DNA of 32,923 nt from Sphaeroforma arctica JP610 (taxonomy: Eukaryota): assembly GCF_001186125.1 (NCBI RefSeq), contig NW_014040087.1, forward strand, positions 37,129 to 70,051, read 5' to 3'. The first letter of the stretch is position 1, and each line of letters starts with the position of its first letter. Positions 1-12,100 of the stretch are shown here, in pieces. The notes beneath the pieces were generated by a model that searched no databases, was not told where the DNA came from, and worked only from the letters and a program-made list of their open reading frames with translations. Made by a program: the position numbers and the translations under genes.

Positions 1-148
1 AAATGGCGATCGATTTGGCTGCCATAAAACACCAACCCCCCAGAACCCAGAGGTTATGATTTACCAGTGGTATTGTCTCTGAAGAGAAATTTGCTGAACC
101 ATGCGATTGTGAAAATGGCGATCGATTTGGCTGCCATACAACACCAAC
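1..148. repeat. 36-bp direct repeat (1-36 and 113-148) inside the RT remnant
   Basis: aaatggcgatcgatttggctgccata[a/c]aacaccaac occurs twice, 112 bp apart, with 1 mismatch. Confidence 0.9.
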
Positions 149-2220
149 TGAAGTTGTTTGAGGATTCGAGGGGATACCTAGCATTCTATTCCTCGGATAT
201 GAGGTATCACCAGCTACGAAGTGTCTCTTAGAAAATGTGCATGCAACATCTCAATTAGATGGTCCTTTCAAGCAGTGTGGATACTCATGGTGTATAGGGA
301 TGATATAAATATTATACAAGATTCCTGGGTGTTCTGATATATATATTTTTACGCGCAGTCACTGTGTTAAATCCTCACATTTAATATTTGCAAGATCCAG
401 TCACACAAATCGCAAATCGTAGTCCTACCATCTGAAGTCCGACATGTGTTTGTCCGGGATGTGTCGAACCATGGGTCAATGATTGATAATGATCATTTAA
501 AGGAGTTTACTAATGCTCATGCACCTGTATCTAAGCCGGGGTTGCTTCGCTGCCCAAGATGTTATCGTGGCGGAGTGTAATGATTCCCCGATATTATATC
601 ATTATTAAATCTATTATTGGGCTTACGGAAGCATGAGGTTTTCCGCTGGAGCACGGAGCAAATTAAAGCACTCGATACCGCATATTCTTACTCGAAAAAT
701 TCTCGTTTGTGTGTTCCTACCCCGAAGCAACACTTGGTATTGTATTCGGATGCGCCTTTGTTTGTGCGCATTTTTGGGAATATTGTACGGCATGTGATTC
801 GGGAACTCTCTGATAGCGAGGTAAAAGCTCTTGCGCTGGTGACTAAATCGGTAGAGCGGTTTGATGAACCGCACCTGATTATGTGTCTTAAAGTTATGTT
901 ATTACAACACTCGGGAGATTCCTATCAAGCCTACAGATGCGGTTTCTGCCGGTACCCCGTCTTTGAGGTACCAACCGGTGACAACAAATTACTGAGACGC
1001 ATGTGGAAGAGGTTATCAAGATTAGACGTCAGGACGGTACTCAATGTTTTGTTGGTATGGTCATACGGGAAGCACTTGGTGCCGGTAAAAAAAGTACATG
1101 AAGTTGATTGTCTATTCTATCGCAGTGCAGTTGATGTCTAGTATATCTATTGCGGCTCAACGTATCTATGGAACGACGGATCGAGAATTCGTTGTCGAAC
1201 CTTTGTTAAGAGTCGTCGCAAATCCCTCTAATTATACGGAGCAGGATATGGCTCAGACTCGGCGCTGGTTGCGATCTATTTAAAGTCTGCGTGAAGTGGA
1301 AAATGCTTTTCGCTATTGCCCGGGGCCGATATACATTTTTTGGCGATTATTTCACGCGGTGTGCTGACAGGATGGATCCGATCAAGCTTACCGCATAGAA
1401 ACGTGTCACATGGCCTGATCCACTGGAATAGGTAGGGGCACATGTCTTGACTACGGTCTGATTGTTAAGTTAATTGAATACACAAATTGGGTTTGGTATC
1501 GCCAGAGCTCTTTCATGTCATATTAGATACTGAGCTTTTCGCCACTTAAGCTAGTCACATTTTGTACGTATACGTGATGAAGTAGGTGGTGGTACTTATG
1601 GATGTGATACTTCTACGGCTGTTCTGACAGGATCAGTTGCTTATGCGAAACCTGAATAGCTTGGTTTAATACAGTTTATCCATCATGTGGCAAATAACCA
1701 GTATGCGTCTGTGGTGTTCTGTGTTCCATATCGGCCGGATACTCAGTGGACGCGGGAGCTAGTGCCGCTATTTCAAGCATGTCCACTTGTGGTTCTACAT
1801 TCATTTGATACTTTATTGTTGCATGGTGATACTGCTGTTGGTTACCCTCTTTGGTCGCATACACTTTGAATTCACATCAAGGGTTGCAAACAAGATGTTC
1901 GTTAAGTCACCTCAGTCATTTTCTGGTCTGAGCTAGATCGTTCAGGCCTGCATGCGAACATATATCTACGTGAGTATCGTACAATGTCGTGTTTTGTGTC
2001 GGTGCCGGGGCTACGTAATTCGACGGAAGTCTTGTCTGCTAGCGATGCGGAGAGTGTCTTGGAAGATAATGTCTACAAAGCTCGCGTTTCGGAGGTTGAC
2101 GACGATGAGCCCCCTGCTCAAGTTTCTAGTAAGGATGGGTCTATGCATGTTTCTTCGGAATGCCCTTGGAAATTGCCCTCTGCAAAACGAGCGCCATATC
2201 CGAGTGAGGTCAAGTGAGTG
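1..2220 (+). mobile_element. Degenerate Ty3/gypsy-like LTR retrotransposon pol (RT - RNase H - integrase), 5' part outside the window; multiple stops and frameshifts
   Basis: Manual translation: 115-~230 MAIDLAAIQHQLKLFEDSRGYLAFYSSDMRYHQ (cf. RT 'IDL..AYHQ..L...SR..TAF'); 290-307 VYRDDI (YxDD); ~480-700 IDNDHLKEFTNAHAP...RKHEVFRWSTEQIKA (thumb/connection 'F.W...Q..AF'); LVLYSDA (first RNase H Asp); ~1730-1860 YRPDTQWTRE and VVLHSFDT...GYP (integrase 'YHPQ..G..ER' and 'YN...HS..G..P' like); ~2060 VLEDNVYK (integrase C-terminal region). The RT-RH-INT order fits Ty3/gypsy. Confidence 0.75.
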
Positions 2221-2822
2221 TTCCTTCACCTCGTTAATTAGATTTTAAGTATGTTATGTGTGATCGTGTACCAGTCGATGATGATAGTGTGGATCGTTTG
2301 TCCTCTTTCAAAGACTGTATTAGTGACTGTTTAGTAATGTCCACCGATTTGAGCCTCCTGGTATGGGAGTTAAAATTTTGGTCAACCCTGCTGAACAATT
2401 GGAGTTTGATGGACAAACGCTCTCTGTCCTTGAACAATATACATATGGGGCAATTATCAAGGCCGACACCCTGATGGATTTGCAAGATGTGGCCCCTCGT
2501 ACTGATATGCACTCAGTTCGTGCCTCTACGTCAATAGAATATGTTATCAGTTATTATCCTTCGACTGATAACCCATTATTCACATGTAGACTTTCGGTTG
2601 TTGAACAGGTCAGTGGTAAGATTTTACCACGCATCGAGGATTTAGACATAGCTCTGGCTGAGATAGAACATTTGCAGCTTACACAAATATTCGACACAAA
2701 CAGTGTTAAAAGTAATGTGGAAACATCATAGTAGTTACAGTCAACTTTTAGCATATAGATTGCTGGCACTTATTCAAAACGCGGATGGAATATATCGCGT
2801 GCACTCTTTGCAGCCATCACTG

Positions 2823-3337
2823 CCACTTGTGCTTAATGCATTTGGGTCGAGAATCCGTTTGGTAACAAGAAAGGCCATATCTAACAACCAGAACGCGCTA
2901 ACATGATTCTTGAAATTTTGGTATCGTCTGATGAGCTTGGTTTTAATTTTGTCTTGGCGGCGCAAGATGGGTTGTCGTTACGTGCTTTCACTACGTGTCT
3001 TCGTCATTACGGACTTATGGCGTATCGAGTTATCGAATTCTGCGAGAGCAGTTACTTCCACATACAACTATAGCTGGTGAAAATGTGCTGGATGAAAAAA
3101 GTATATTGATTAGGAATGGATCTGTAACGTATGCGGCTAGTGCTCATAGCACCATTCACACTAGAGAACGACCGATTTCGCATAAAAGCTGAGAGCAGTT
3201 ACTTCCACATACAACTATAGCTGGTGAAAATGTGCTGGATGAAAGAAGTATATTGATTAGTAATGGATCTGTAACGTATGCGGCTAGTGCTCATAGCACC
3301 ATTCACACTAGAGAACGACCGATTTCGCATAAAAGCT
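2823..3337 (+). pseudogene. Putative decayed C5 cytosine DNA methyltransferase-like domain carried 3' of the integrase
   Basis: Colinear motifs over three frames: PLVLNAFG (2823-2846, motif I-like); ELGFNFVLAAQDGLSL (2933-2980, cf. DNMT3 EWGPFDLVIGGSPCNDLSI, catalytic PC missing); YRILREQLLP...GENV (3031-3087, motif V/VI); AASAHSTIHTRER (to 3171, motif VIII R-x-R). By-eye alignment only. Confidence 0.4.
3044..3337. repeat. Tandem duplication, 2 x 147 bp (3044-3190, 3191-3337)
   Basis: Both copies read gagagcagttacttccacat...gatttcgcataaaagct with 2 visible mismatches. The unit is 49 codons and the junction creates a TGA. Confidence 0.95.
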
Positions 3338-3399
3338 CCTTCTTCATCTGGTCGAGCCCCAACAGGATGACACAAGACAATAAAATCCACGGAGCCAGA

Positions 3400-6300
3400 G
3401 GGAATGTGATCTTTGCGGTCTCATGATATGTATCCCTACCTTTGGCATCCACCACTTCCAGCAGCAAAGTACACTCAGTGCTACAAGAAAGAGACATGAT
3501 CCCATCACCCCCAAAACCTGAAATATAATTAGGTTCAATTGCCGCAATCAGAAAATGGCAACGATCCGCGAAATGCCAAGCCATCATAACTGGGCGCGCC
3601 CCTGTGTCGTTATAGATTGACACATTCAAATCCTCGCAAACAGTATGGGTCACCGGTCCCGTCCACGTGGCCTCAAGTCAGGGTCTTTGCCTTCGCGACT
3701 GCATTCGCCTGCCGAGGACAACCCGGACGCCAGTGCCCTATTTGGTTACATGCATGATACTTTGGGCTTATAGGGCTTATGCCTTAATTTGCATGTGACA
3801 CATTGAGGTGCGGTAGGCGAACGAGGCTCATATGACCTATTTGGCGTATATGAGCGACCCCGCGAGTGGTCATGCGAAGATCTCGCCCCTATCGGGAGAG
3901 TAGTATAACGGGTTGTAGCCGCCGTATAGTTGGCATGTGCACAGGAGTTCTCCCTATCTGCGGGTTGGTGAGCCCGATATCGGTTATTAGGACCCCTTCA
4001 AGTTTGTCACTTCAGGGTTCAAGTTGTTCGCTTGTAACGTATGCGCACCCTTATACCCATTCGCAGATACCGGTTGATAGGGTTTGAGATCCATACACTT
4101 GGCTGCCTTGAAGGCGTATGATGCAATGTTATTTTCGTCAAACTCCCCAGCGTCAATTCCGTATATGCACTAGTAACGAACGTACGCAGACGATCATGTA
4201 ACTCTCAGGGTCCAAAGTAATCAACTTGTGATCATAAATACGACACAATGGTTTGCTCACCGATGGATCAGTAAACCCTTTTAAGAATATCATATGCTCC
4301 ACTTTCCCTTTACGATTTGCGAAGAGCTTGGTATCCGCACACACACGTGACCAGGTAATCTTCCGTGACGAGCCCAACTGCTTTGCCATTTCATTACTAC
4401 GGGGACACCAAACATTGAAGGTGAGCTCTCAGGGTACACCGGTATACGTCTGTACGCAGCAATTGCCTTTATCGGATAGTAGACCATCAAATAATCTATG
4501 CGCTCAATACGCCGCAGAAGAGCCCAATAACAATTCGTACACCAACGAAAATGTTCATGCACTACACCCGACTGCCAATAGTAATAGACCACCTACCTCA
4601 AGATCTGCTATACACGAAAGACCCACCCGCCGGCATATTGTAGTGGCGATAGGAATGCAGTGTATGCGGAATATGTGGAACGGAGGCAGTGGTAAGGGAG
4701 TCCAGTGCGTACCATTTAACAGGGATTTCATAGCCAGTAGGGTTCTTGCTGCGTGTACAGCGTTCACCGTTGGGTGACCATTGTTTTGCGTCGATGAAGA
4801 GCTTCACATCACGAGAGCACAGTTGCCGCTGTGTGGCAAAGTTCTTAATCTTCCACGTGTCGGGCGTGCAGTGTGATTCACGGCGAAGGAAATTCCGAAG
4901 CCGATCATTGTGTCGAATGTGTGTGCTGTCTTAGCCTTGGTGCCAGTTGATTTAAATATAATGACATAGCCATATCGTGCGTCAGGGAAGCGAGGAACTG
5001 CGTTACCTGTCCATTTGTTGATAGGAGAGTGTAGTTGCCCGGTAGCAGCTAAATCTTTGTTCCGAATGATGCAGACATAGGTGTGAGCGGGGAGGCACAT
5101 GTATACCTGTGTTGCTTGTAAATAACACCGATACAATGTTCGAGTTTTCGAGTTTAAAGTACGGTGGGGGGCCTTTAATCTTGCTATTCAACTGAGTTGT
5201 ATGAGCAGGGGTTTGCGGAGAGACATTTGGCGAGTGAAATGCATATCGCGTGTATTTTCACTCTGAACATCTGCAATCATAGTATGATGGCGATAGTGTG
5301 CTGGTGTTTGCACGAAAAGGGAAGAAGCTCACTGGTGATGTCTGCTTTGCTTTGTCGTTCATGGCAGCGTGCAAGCCGTAGCAGGTACCGTTGTCTACCA
5401 TGTTCACAAAGTAACAATTTTCGTAGCGACATTTTGCCATTGACCCCTGCAAGTGAAAATAAAATTGTTCTTAGACTGAATAAAAGATGACATCTTGACT
5501 ATTTTGCGGTTCACTGTGCATTCATTCGAGGTGAGCACGGGCGTATATGATGGCTATCTGGAGATTTTCGCTGGGAGATACTGCTGAGCGAAGAGGTCCT
5601 GATAGAGCTACAAGCGTGACGCCCAAGTAGGTTTGCCGACAGCGTCTTGGCCATGGCGTAGAAACGTAGTTGCCGGTTGAGAATGATATAAACTCCACAT
5701 TGTATACGCGAAATTGCACCGGTTGAAGGGGGACACATATGGCAGTTATGGCGTCAAGCTTACGTTGAGCTCCAAGAGGACATGTATATCAGACCAGCGG
5801 GTTTCCGTAGACGGCTTCTTTTATATAGTCAACTTTAGAATAGCAGTTTACAAATCCGCCCTCATGTCCGGCGAACATGGGTTGTTCGTGGATGCACAGA
5901 CATCAATCGTCGGGATATATTCGGAGAAGATCATGGCTTTGGCTTTTTTCTAATTGGTACGGTAAAGCATCCGTTCTTCGCAAGTGACTCCAAATGCTGG
6001 TGGATGGGTCAGCGTAACATTTTCTTTGGCTGCCAAGCGGAGTGTGGTTTCCTGATGCGATGACCGTTGTTCCTGTGGTATTCATCATAAGTTTGATTAG
6101 TGACAGGAGGAGAAGTCGAAGTGATGACTGCCGAAATTGGATAATTGATGGGTTGTGCAGAGTGTATCTCCGTGACCAAAGCAATAGCTACAGGAGGGGA
6201 CATAGTTGGGCCAGGTGGATGGAGATTGGTGGACTTCAAAGTGTCACGATGTGCAGGAGAGAGGATCTGGAGTGTACCATATGAGGCATGGTACTCTAAG

Positions 6301-7500
6301 TTCAAACAGTGATATTGGAGTCGGTTTGGTGATATGAGGGGTTGCTTGAGCAGGAGGTCTAAGTTATAAAGTTCATGGCCCAGGTAGTGTACCATGTATT
6401 TTGATATTGCGTTCAGAGTCATCAGCAAGTATGAGCGGAAAGAACCAACGTTAGATACAGATCAATAAGTTCTGAGAGGTGGTGTTGAGGTAATTAACCT
6501 TGACACCACCGTCTATTACCATTTTAACCGTTGTTGTGAACTAAGTATGATCAACGGTGTTTCGTGCTACAAAAGTAAAACAGATGTTGTTTTTAATAGC
6601 ACGACGTCCGCAGCCGACTGAATTAATATTTCCCATACGGTTACAGGTGGAGCACTGAAGAGAGCCTGCGTTGCAATTGCCGTTGGTATGATATTTGGTG
6701 CCACAGCGTCCACATGCGATGGGACTTGGGGAGAGCGATGGTTTGCTTTGCGGGAGACAAAACAGATGAGTGAACTTTTGTCACACGACGAGCTTGTGCA
6801 CGTGACACGTGTTGAATTGGCGTGAGGTGCTCAGGGTCAGTGGTGTACCACTCATCTAGTAGATCACATAGACTAATGGGGGTGAGGGTCGCACGGAGGT
6901 CCTTGTCCATCATATATGGATGGGCTTGTTCTTGATCTTCATGAGACAGGTCTTTCAGTTTCAGTAACTGTTTGCTGGTGAATGTTAGTCCCTGAAGCTC
7001 AGCATCGAGGCCGAGTTTCGTTCAGCGAATTGTCCATGCATAGGAATCTTCTTCAAGGCCAACTTGTAAATTATGGAGGTATGCCATTGTGATCGGCTAG
7101 GAGATTCGAATGGACTTGTGGAAGTAGGATTGGCGGATGCTGTCGTAAAGGGTCCAGGGATCTTCCATTATGGTTTCCTTGTTGAGATTCTCGTGAAGAT
7201 CATCGGATAGATATCGGATTAAGTGATTTCAGGTCGCGCGATCGGAAACAAGGGCTTCTCCTGTGCTATCAGCTTCGCGATCCGGTTATAGGGATTTGGC
7301 TTGGCGCCTGCGACATGAAGGGGTTGAGCAGCTCGCAGTAATTGAGGATGTGGTTGATGTCCTATTTGTAGTCACCAAGAGCTGTGAGGCAGAGATCAGC
7401 TTCCCAACGATCCTCTTGTCGCCAAAAAGAGAAAGGCGTGTTCATTTGATTCGAGTGGAGCCGGAGGCTGAATCATCTGATAAGCCTAGCATAGTACGAA
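3400..7500 (-). mobile_element. Second degenerate Ty3/gypsy-like element (gag-like - protease - RT - RNase H - integrase), convergent with the first
   Basis: Minus-strand translation: helical gag-like segment ~7250-6900 (LIRYLSDDLHENL...DPWTLYDSIRQSYF); VIDGGVKVNYL at ~6519-6487 (aspartic protease D[ST]G-like); YADPSTSIWS...KNG...IPTID...ADL*TA at ~6015-5840 (RT N-terminal motifs); WALLRRIERIDYLMVYYP at ~4520-4470 (RNase H end); ITWSRVCADTKLF at ~4360-4320 (integrase Zn region 'Y.WP.M..D...V'); LEATWTGP at 3653-3677 (GPY/F motif). Boundaries approximate. Confidence 0.65.
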
Positions 7501-7621
7501 ATTAAAATAGACTTCGAGAACATAGCCCATTTTCTACAAAACCGATAACTTTGTACTCTGGAGAACTAAACTTCATACTCTGAAAAACTAAGCTTCATTT
7601 AGGTTTGTACACTAAATATAT

Positions 7622-7741
7622 ACTATAACGTGTGTAATTGCAAGGTTCCCTATTTTGCGTATCCAAACCAATAAGGTATCCACTATAACGTGTGTAATTG
7701 CAAGGTTCCCTATTTTGCGTATCCAAACCAATAAGGTATCC
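7622..7741. repeat. Perfect tandem duplication, 2 x 60 bp, upstream of the minus-strand gag (candidate leader/LTR region)
   Basis: actataacgtgtgtaattgcaaggttccctattttgcgtatccaaaccaataaggtatcc repeated exactly; shorter ~22-bp imperfect repeats at ~7547-7600. Confidence 0.95.
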
Positions 7742-8499
7742 AGGCAGGTGAAAGAAAAACCTGGTTGAGTTTCTATTAAAACTAAGTTAACGACGAGTCA
7801 TGCTTGAAGCTTGTCCCGATTGGGTTGCGCATGTACCCAGCGATCTAATAAAAGGATGAGTTGTGCACTACCCCGGTCGCAAAGCAGCCCACGATTCAAT
7901 GCTGTCCAATGTAGGAAATAGTCAATTTTTATTCATTGTGTGCTTTCCGGCATTCGGCGTTCCCTCTACTACAAGAGCTCGACAATAGCTGAACCTGTCC
8001 TATGCTTGCCGTTTCGTCAGCGAACAGCCCTGTACTACACCAGCTCACGAGGGTCTATATTTTCATGCAAACACATAAGTACGGACCGAACAGCCTTGGT
8101 TTATACGGCTGTATTGTTAAGCTTATATATTTGGGTTCTTGCTCCGAAAAGATCGAGAATTCACACGTTGAAGCGCTGGCCCACCGACTTCAATACCCGT
8201 GGCGCCGAATCTCTCTCCAGCAGAGTGTTTACCTTACTGATCTTCCTTTTCTTTCGATCTGCAGGTATAAGTGGCGGACCCGTATCCAGACAGCTGCATT
8301 AGGGATGACTTATAGGCGTGTACTACTCTGAGAGCATAGTTCCTTTGCGTGAAGCGTGAAAGCATATGACAGCACCTCGATAAAATCTCACATCAGCACA
8401 CCCATGAAGGCAGAAGACTATTAAAACCTTACGGTGACTCAAAAGGTGTAGCGGTTTAACCATAATAGCAATAAAGATGGTACTTAATGAAAACAACAT

Positions 8500-8806
8500 G
8501 CTATACATATATACATACATACGTGCAAAGAAACAAACATGCATACATACATACGTGCAAAGAAACAAACATACATACATACATACGTGCAAAGAAACAA
8601 ACATACATACATACATACGTGCAAAGAAACAAACATACATAAATACGTACACACAATACATAAAGACATACATAAAGACAAAACATACATACATACATAC
8701 GTACATATACACATACACACACACACATACATACATACATACAAGCATATATACATATATACATACAAGCATACAAAAATTTATCTTGTACACACACTCA
8801 CACATT

Positions 8807-8853
<47 letters not shown>

Positions 8854-9010
8854 TATATATATACTATATATATATATACATACATACATTCATACATTCA
8901 TACATACACAATATTCACATTCACATACACATACAAATACACATACACATACACATACAAATACACAAACACACACACACACACACACACAGTCAGTATA
9001 TATGCATATA
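8500..9010. repeat. Minisatellite (catac...gtgcaaagaaacaa) plus (TA)n/(CA)n/(CATA)n microsatellites
   Basis: Four acgtgcaaagaaacaaac units at 8521-8635, followed by simple repeats. The ORFs here are artefacts. Confidence 0.95.
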
Positions 9011-9130
9011 CATGCAAGCACAAGTAAACACAGTATGCTGAATCTAAGCACAGTAATAAAATAGAGTTATAATGCTAAATTTCAAGTGAATGGAGAAATT
9101 AATACAGCACACGAGACAGTACCGAGACGC

Positions 9131-12100
9131 TCACGTACCGCTTGCCGGGCATACATTCTCGCGGTTGGCGTAAGCAGCCTTTACATTCGTGTCACCTTCA
9201 CTGCTCAGGTCGTTTGTAAATGATATTTTGCTTCTCGCACCCCTGTCTGCAGAGTGCGTATTCCTGGTATTGCCACGCGTGCCGTGATCGTTCTTACTAT
9301 GTTTCCGTTTGCTTACTTTCGGCGGGGTTCTGAATGCAAAATTCTTGTTATGAGTCATATCTTCGTCTCCATCTCCCCGTAGTCGCCGACTAGCACGCAC
9401 ACGTGTCGAAGTAGTTTTTCCCGTGCCTCGCCCAATTGAAAGTTCCATATCAGACCGTTCGACCTCGCTCATGTCTCCAACCTCAGTCCCAGCACTGCCC
9501 GCTTCAGTGCTATTGCTCTCTGTGGTCACCGTCTCTTTGAGCAACATTTTCTCCACCACACTCGGAGCCCTCCCGTGGTAATGCGTCGGCGCATCTCGCA
9601 CTGTATCAGCGGTGCGTCGCCCCTCTTTCCCCTCGAAGCTGTGCCATCTGGCTTCTTCGCCCGCACGTGATTCCCTACCACCCCCGTTTGCACCGACACT
9701 TTCACTTGGATTACGAGACACTCCTCTGACAGTACGTCCCTTCGATTTCAACGCCTCGTACGCCGGTACATCGGGCCACCCGAAATGCACAATTGTTTTC
9801 TTGCGCCTGGCGGCCAGTGGCACTTCCTGGGACCTACTTTCGTCACCAGATTCAGAGTCATCTATTACCTCACCTCTGGAAAGTGTAGTCTGCAATGTTT
9901 TGGGCAAGCCTTGTCTCTCCGGTACTAACTCGTGAGCACTCCCTTTGCCCTTGCGGCCTTTTTTGGCTCCAGATCCACCCCTACTACGCGAGTTCTTCTT
10001 CTGCCGCGAAGAACTTTGTGGCTCAGCTGGGATGCTGTCCATATCAGCAACATCGACCATGCTTTCCCCTTCCTCCTCATCAGATTCGTTTGAAGCGTCA
10101 CGTTTCCGCGTCTGCATACTCCGCTGCACAGCTTTTGTACTAGAGTTGCCTCTTCTCGATCTCTTCACTTTCGCACTATGTCCACTCTTTCGCGCAGATG
10201 GGTTGTGTGTGTGCTTACCGCTTCGGTGCCCTTTTTCCTCTCTTCTGTGCACCTGTCTATCTTTTCTTGCGGTAGATGCTGTCTCGGTGTCCTCGACCTC
10301 ATCTCCGTCGTAAACTACTCCAGGCAGTCGCTTACATGCCCCACCGCGTGCCAGACGCTTCCGCATCTTCACAGTCATAAGAGTATTCGCGGTATCCGCA
10401 GTCGTCTTGTTATGTTCACCTGTGTCCTCCGCCATGACGTGTGTATGCCCCTCCATATGTACTTGTATCGCACCCAAACCGCATTGGGTAATCTGGCCGC
10501 TAGTCCTAGTGGGTGGCGGTATCTGTGGCTGTAGTTCGCTACCCCTCTTATATGACACTGCGCAAGATTCCGAACCCATATGCGTGTCATTGCTGACACT
10601 CCTTCGCTTGGTGGCTGGTTCTGTGCTGAGTGTGGCTTTCCTCTTGCGATTGCCTGTGACTCGCTTGGGTTGGAACGTATTACTCTCCGGCTTGTCAATG
10701 ATACTCTCAGCACAAGTAGGGATGCGGTCCGTTGAAACCAGTCTATCCTCAAACCTTCCCACTCCCGGTTGTGTCTCTGTATTACCATCAGATGCCTCCT
10801 GTGCCGCTACAGAGTTCATATTCGCACCTAATATACCCTTGTTCAGTTTTCCATACATCCGTACATCCCCATGTACCGCCTCTCGTAGCGCCTCCAGCTC
10901 ATGTGCAAGTGTTCCAACCAACAAACGTAGTTGATTTCGCTCTTGAGCCGCCAGAGTCGCCTGCTGGCGCACATGCTCCAATTCGCTTCGTATGGACGCA
11001 AACTGCGCATACGTACGTGTTACTACAGCGGCCGATTCTGTGTCGGTGTCGATACTCGTACAAATTCGCTTGTCAGAACTGTAGGCATCAGTTCGTGACG
11101 TAATCCCCGACGTGTTAATGTCTGCGGTAGCCGAATGTTTGTTACCCTGCAGAGCAGCTTGACCTGAGTCTGTGATAGGGTCAGCAACCATCAACGAGCT
11201 ATCTTCAGCATTACGGTAGTCCTGATTGCTGGTAGCAGTTGCGACCATAGGTCCAGAATCGGCGGCACACTCATGAGCGACCTCAATGCTGACGTTAGAT
11301 GCAACCTTTGCATCCATTGTCTGTTTTGCACCCCTCTCAGCTTCTCGAATATTGTCTCGCTCGGCTGACCCTTCGGTTTCTTCTTCAGCACTTTCGTCTT
11401 TGTTTCCATGCGCTTCTGCACCATCACGCCCCAAAGCCTCAGTCTGTTCTGTCTCTTCGGTCCCTGGTAATGCAGTGGTTGCAGTGTCAGCAGTTATGAC
11501 TAGACCACCAGTGTCAGCAGCAATATCAGTATTGTCAGCGTCAGTACTGTCATCGATGATGAGAATGTCAGAGTCGATACCGACACTCTCGGGATTGGCA
11601 GTAGCAGCGATAATACCAATCTCTGAGTCGCTAGTAGCAGTGATATCAGCAGTGTCAACAGCACGGGCACAGTCAATGTCAGAGTTGACGCCGACACTCT
11701 CTGATTCGGCGTTGGCATCGATAGCTACTGCCTCTGTTTTGGCATTGGTAGCGATAGCGACAGTCTCATTAGCACGAGCGTCGATGACCGTGTCAACCGT
11801 ACCAGTGATGTCCGTAGTTTCAACAGAATCAGCGGTAGCGACAGTCTCCGAATCGGCAGTGGCAGAGATAGCAACAGTCGTACCACCTTGAGCACTTATG
11901 ATAGTGTTAACCGTGCCAGGGGTGTCCGACATATCATCAGTGGCATTGGTTTCCACAAGTGCGGAGGGAGGGATAGTGTCGGCGGTATCCGATGTAAGAG
12001 TGCCATCCGTGGTAGATGAAGTGATAGTTTTGGCCACAATACTGGGGGTGATATCAGCGACCGGTTCGGCACTTATGGTACTCTTTGTCAAGTTAATGTT

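Noticed and set aside
3391..3410. Purine-rich tract followed by TG (ggagccagagggaa|tgtgat) as PPT and 3' LTR start
   Set aside because: No matching second LTR or terminal CA inverted repeat is visible, and it overlaps the minus-strand element's coding tail; unresolved.
8323..9064. Long ORFs rich in Y/I/H/T/C/V (also at 20424-23558 and 27684-28473)
   Set aside because: Translations of microsatellites and N gaps.
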